A DNA stretch of 64,000 nucleotides from Squalus acanthias (Eukaryota). Where the stretch lies: the NCBI GenBank assembly GCA_030390025.1, contig CM059431.1, positions 108,316,001 through 108,380,000 of the forward strand, read 5' to 3'. Under the pieces are notes generated by a model, which was not told the DNA's origin, searched no databases, and was given only the letters and a program-made list of their open reading frames with translations. The position numbers and the translations under genes are program-made. Of the stretch, positions 62,872 through 64,000 are shown piece by piece (position 1 is the first letter of the stretch; each line of letters begins with the position of its first letter).

Positions 62872-63172
62872 TGTATTTATATAGCGCCTTTAATGTAGTA
62901 AAATGTCCCAAGGCGCTGCACAGGAGTATTTTCAGACAACAAATTTGACACCGATCCACACAATGATAAATTAGGGCAGGTGACCAAAAGCTTGGTCAAA
63001 GAGGAAGGTTTTAAGGAGCGTCTTAAAGGAGGAAAGAGAGGTAGCGCGGCGGAGAGGTTTAGGCAGGGAATTCCAGAGCTTAGGGCCTAGGCAAAAGAAG
63101 GCACAGCCACCAATGGTTGAGCGATTATAATCAGGGATGCTCAAGAGGGCAGAATTAGAGGAGCGCAGATAT
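62872..63172 (-). mobile_element. L2-like LINE 3' fragment
   Basis: GGCAFFCLGPKLWNSLP..LSSFKTLLKTFLFDQAF. Confidence 0.85.
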
Positions 63173-63748
63173 CTCTGCTTTCCCAATCTGGCGGGGTGTA
63201 TTCATTATTGCCCATTTACCGCCACCAAGCAAAATGACTTTATAGCCCGTTATTTTTTGTCAATGTGTTATCAGAGTTTCTGACTTTGATCTCCAGCCAA
63301 CATTGTAGCATTGAATTCCAGTGTGGAATACTGGGTGGGTGTGAGATATATGTTTGACTAGAGTGGCAAGAACAATAAATAAACATGCTTTGTTTTGAAA
63401 GTTTCTATTCCATTGACACAAGGAGTCTTGATATCCTCCCTCTTCCTCCAACAGGACTCAGTTCTCCTGCTGTATGCAGATGATTGCAGAACATCCTACC
63501 AGTGGTAAGTGCTTACCGACAGTGTTCAATGTCACTGGAACTGCGCTATTCAAAAACTGGCACAGAAAAACTTCATCAACTTTGACAGAACCATACAAGT
63601 AAGCCAATTAAACTAATCAGGTTGATTTTTGGCTAATTTCTGCTGCTGTGAGGGGAAAAGCAATGTCTGTTCTATTTCTGGTTTCTCTTGAGACTTTTTA
63701 ATTAAGTTCTCCTATTCTTTCATTAGCTATCCTAGCTGTAGACACATT

Positions 63749-64000
63749 GGCCTCAATATTTTCGGGGAGCCAGGGAGGATGCAGGTGAGGCCGAAAATGG
63801 CTGAAGGACCAGGCAAGGCCGGGGGACGCGGAGGTCCTGCTGAACTTAAAGGCAGGATCTCATTCACACTTTTTAGCTCCATTTCCCTCCCGGGCAGCCA
63901 GCCAAATGGACACCCCGGCACATGGGCGGGAGGGAACACCAGCGGCAGCAGGCCACAGCCGGGGGATCCTTGGGGACAGACCCGGTAATCGGGAGGGGGG
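63749..64000. mobile_element. Probable Harbinger-type MITE, truncated by the window end
   Basis: Starts att|ggcctcaatattt and has a GC-rich body with the cttaaagg motif seen in other MITEs here. Confidence 0.45.

Overview
Repeat-dense, intergenic or intronic vertebrate DNA, most likely from a shark or other cartilaginous fish (inferred from the CR1-type LINE, DeuSINE-like SINE and Penelope-like repeat content). No intact host protein-coding gene is evident, and most entries in the ORF track are spurious or TE-derived. The main features are: (1) a young, full-length 4.2-kb PIF/Harbinger transposon (33401-37603, CAA target-site duplication). It has an intact DDE transposase and a convergent three-exon Myb/SANT gene broken only by a G9 homopolymer frameshift, and it is nested in a solo LTR. 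(2) A non-autonomous derivative of that element, at least four decayed Harbinger copies and many GG(G)CC-ended MITEs with 3-bp TSDs. (3) Two palindromic Penelope-like inverted-pLTR insertions carrying minimal type-I hammerhead ribozyme motifs on both strands. (4) Gypsy gag/PBS/LTR remnants, solo LTRs, many CR1 and L2 3' fragments, tRNA SINEs and minisatellites. A possible decayed host pseudogene on the minus strand at about 13-20 kb is flagged at low confidence. Coordinates of degenerate repeats are approximate.
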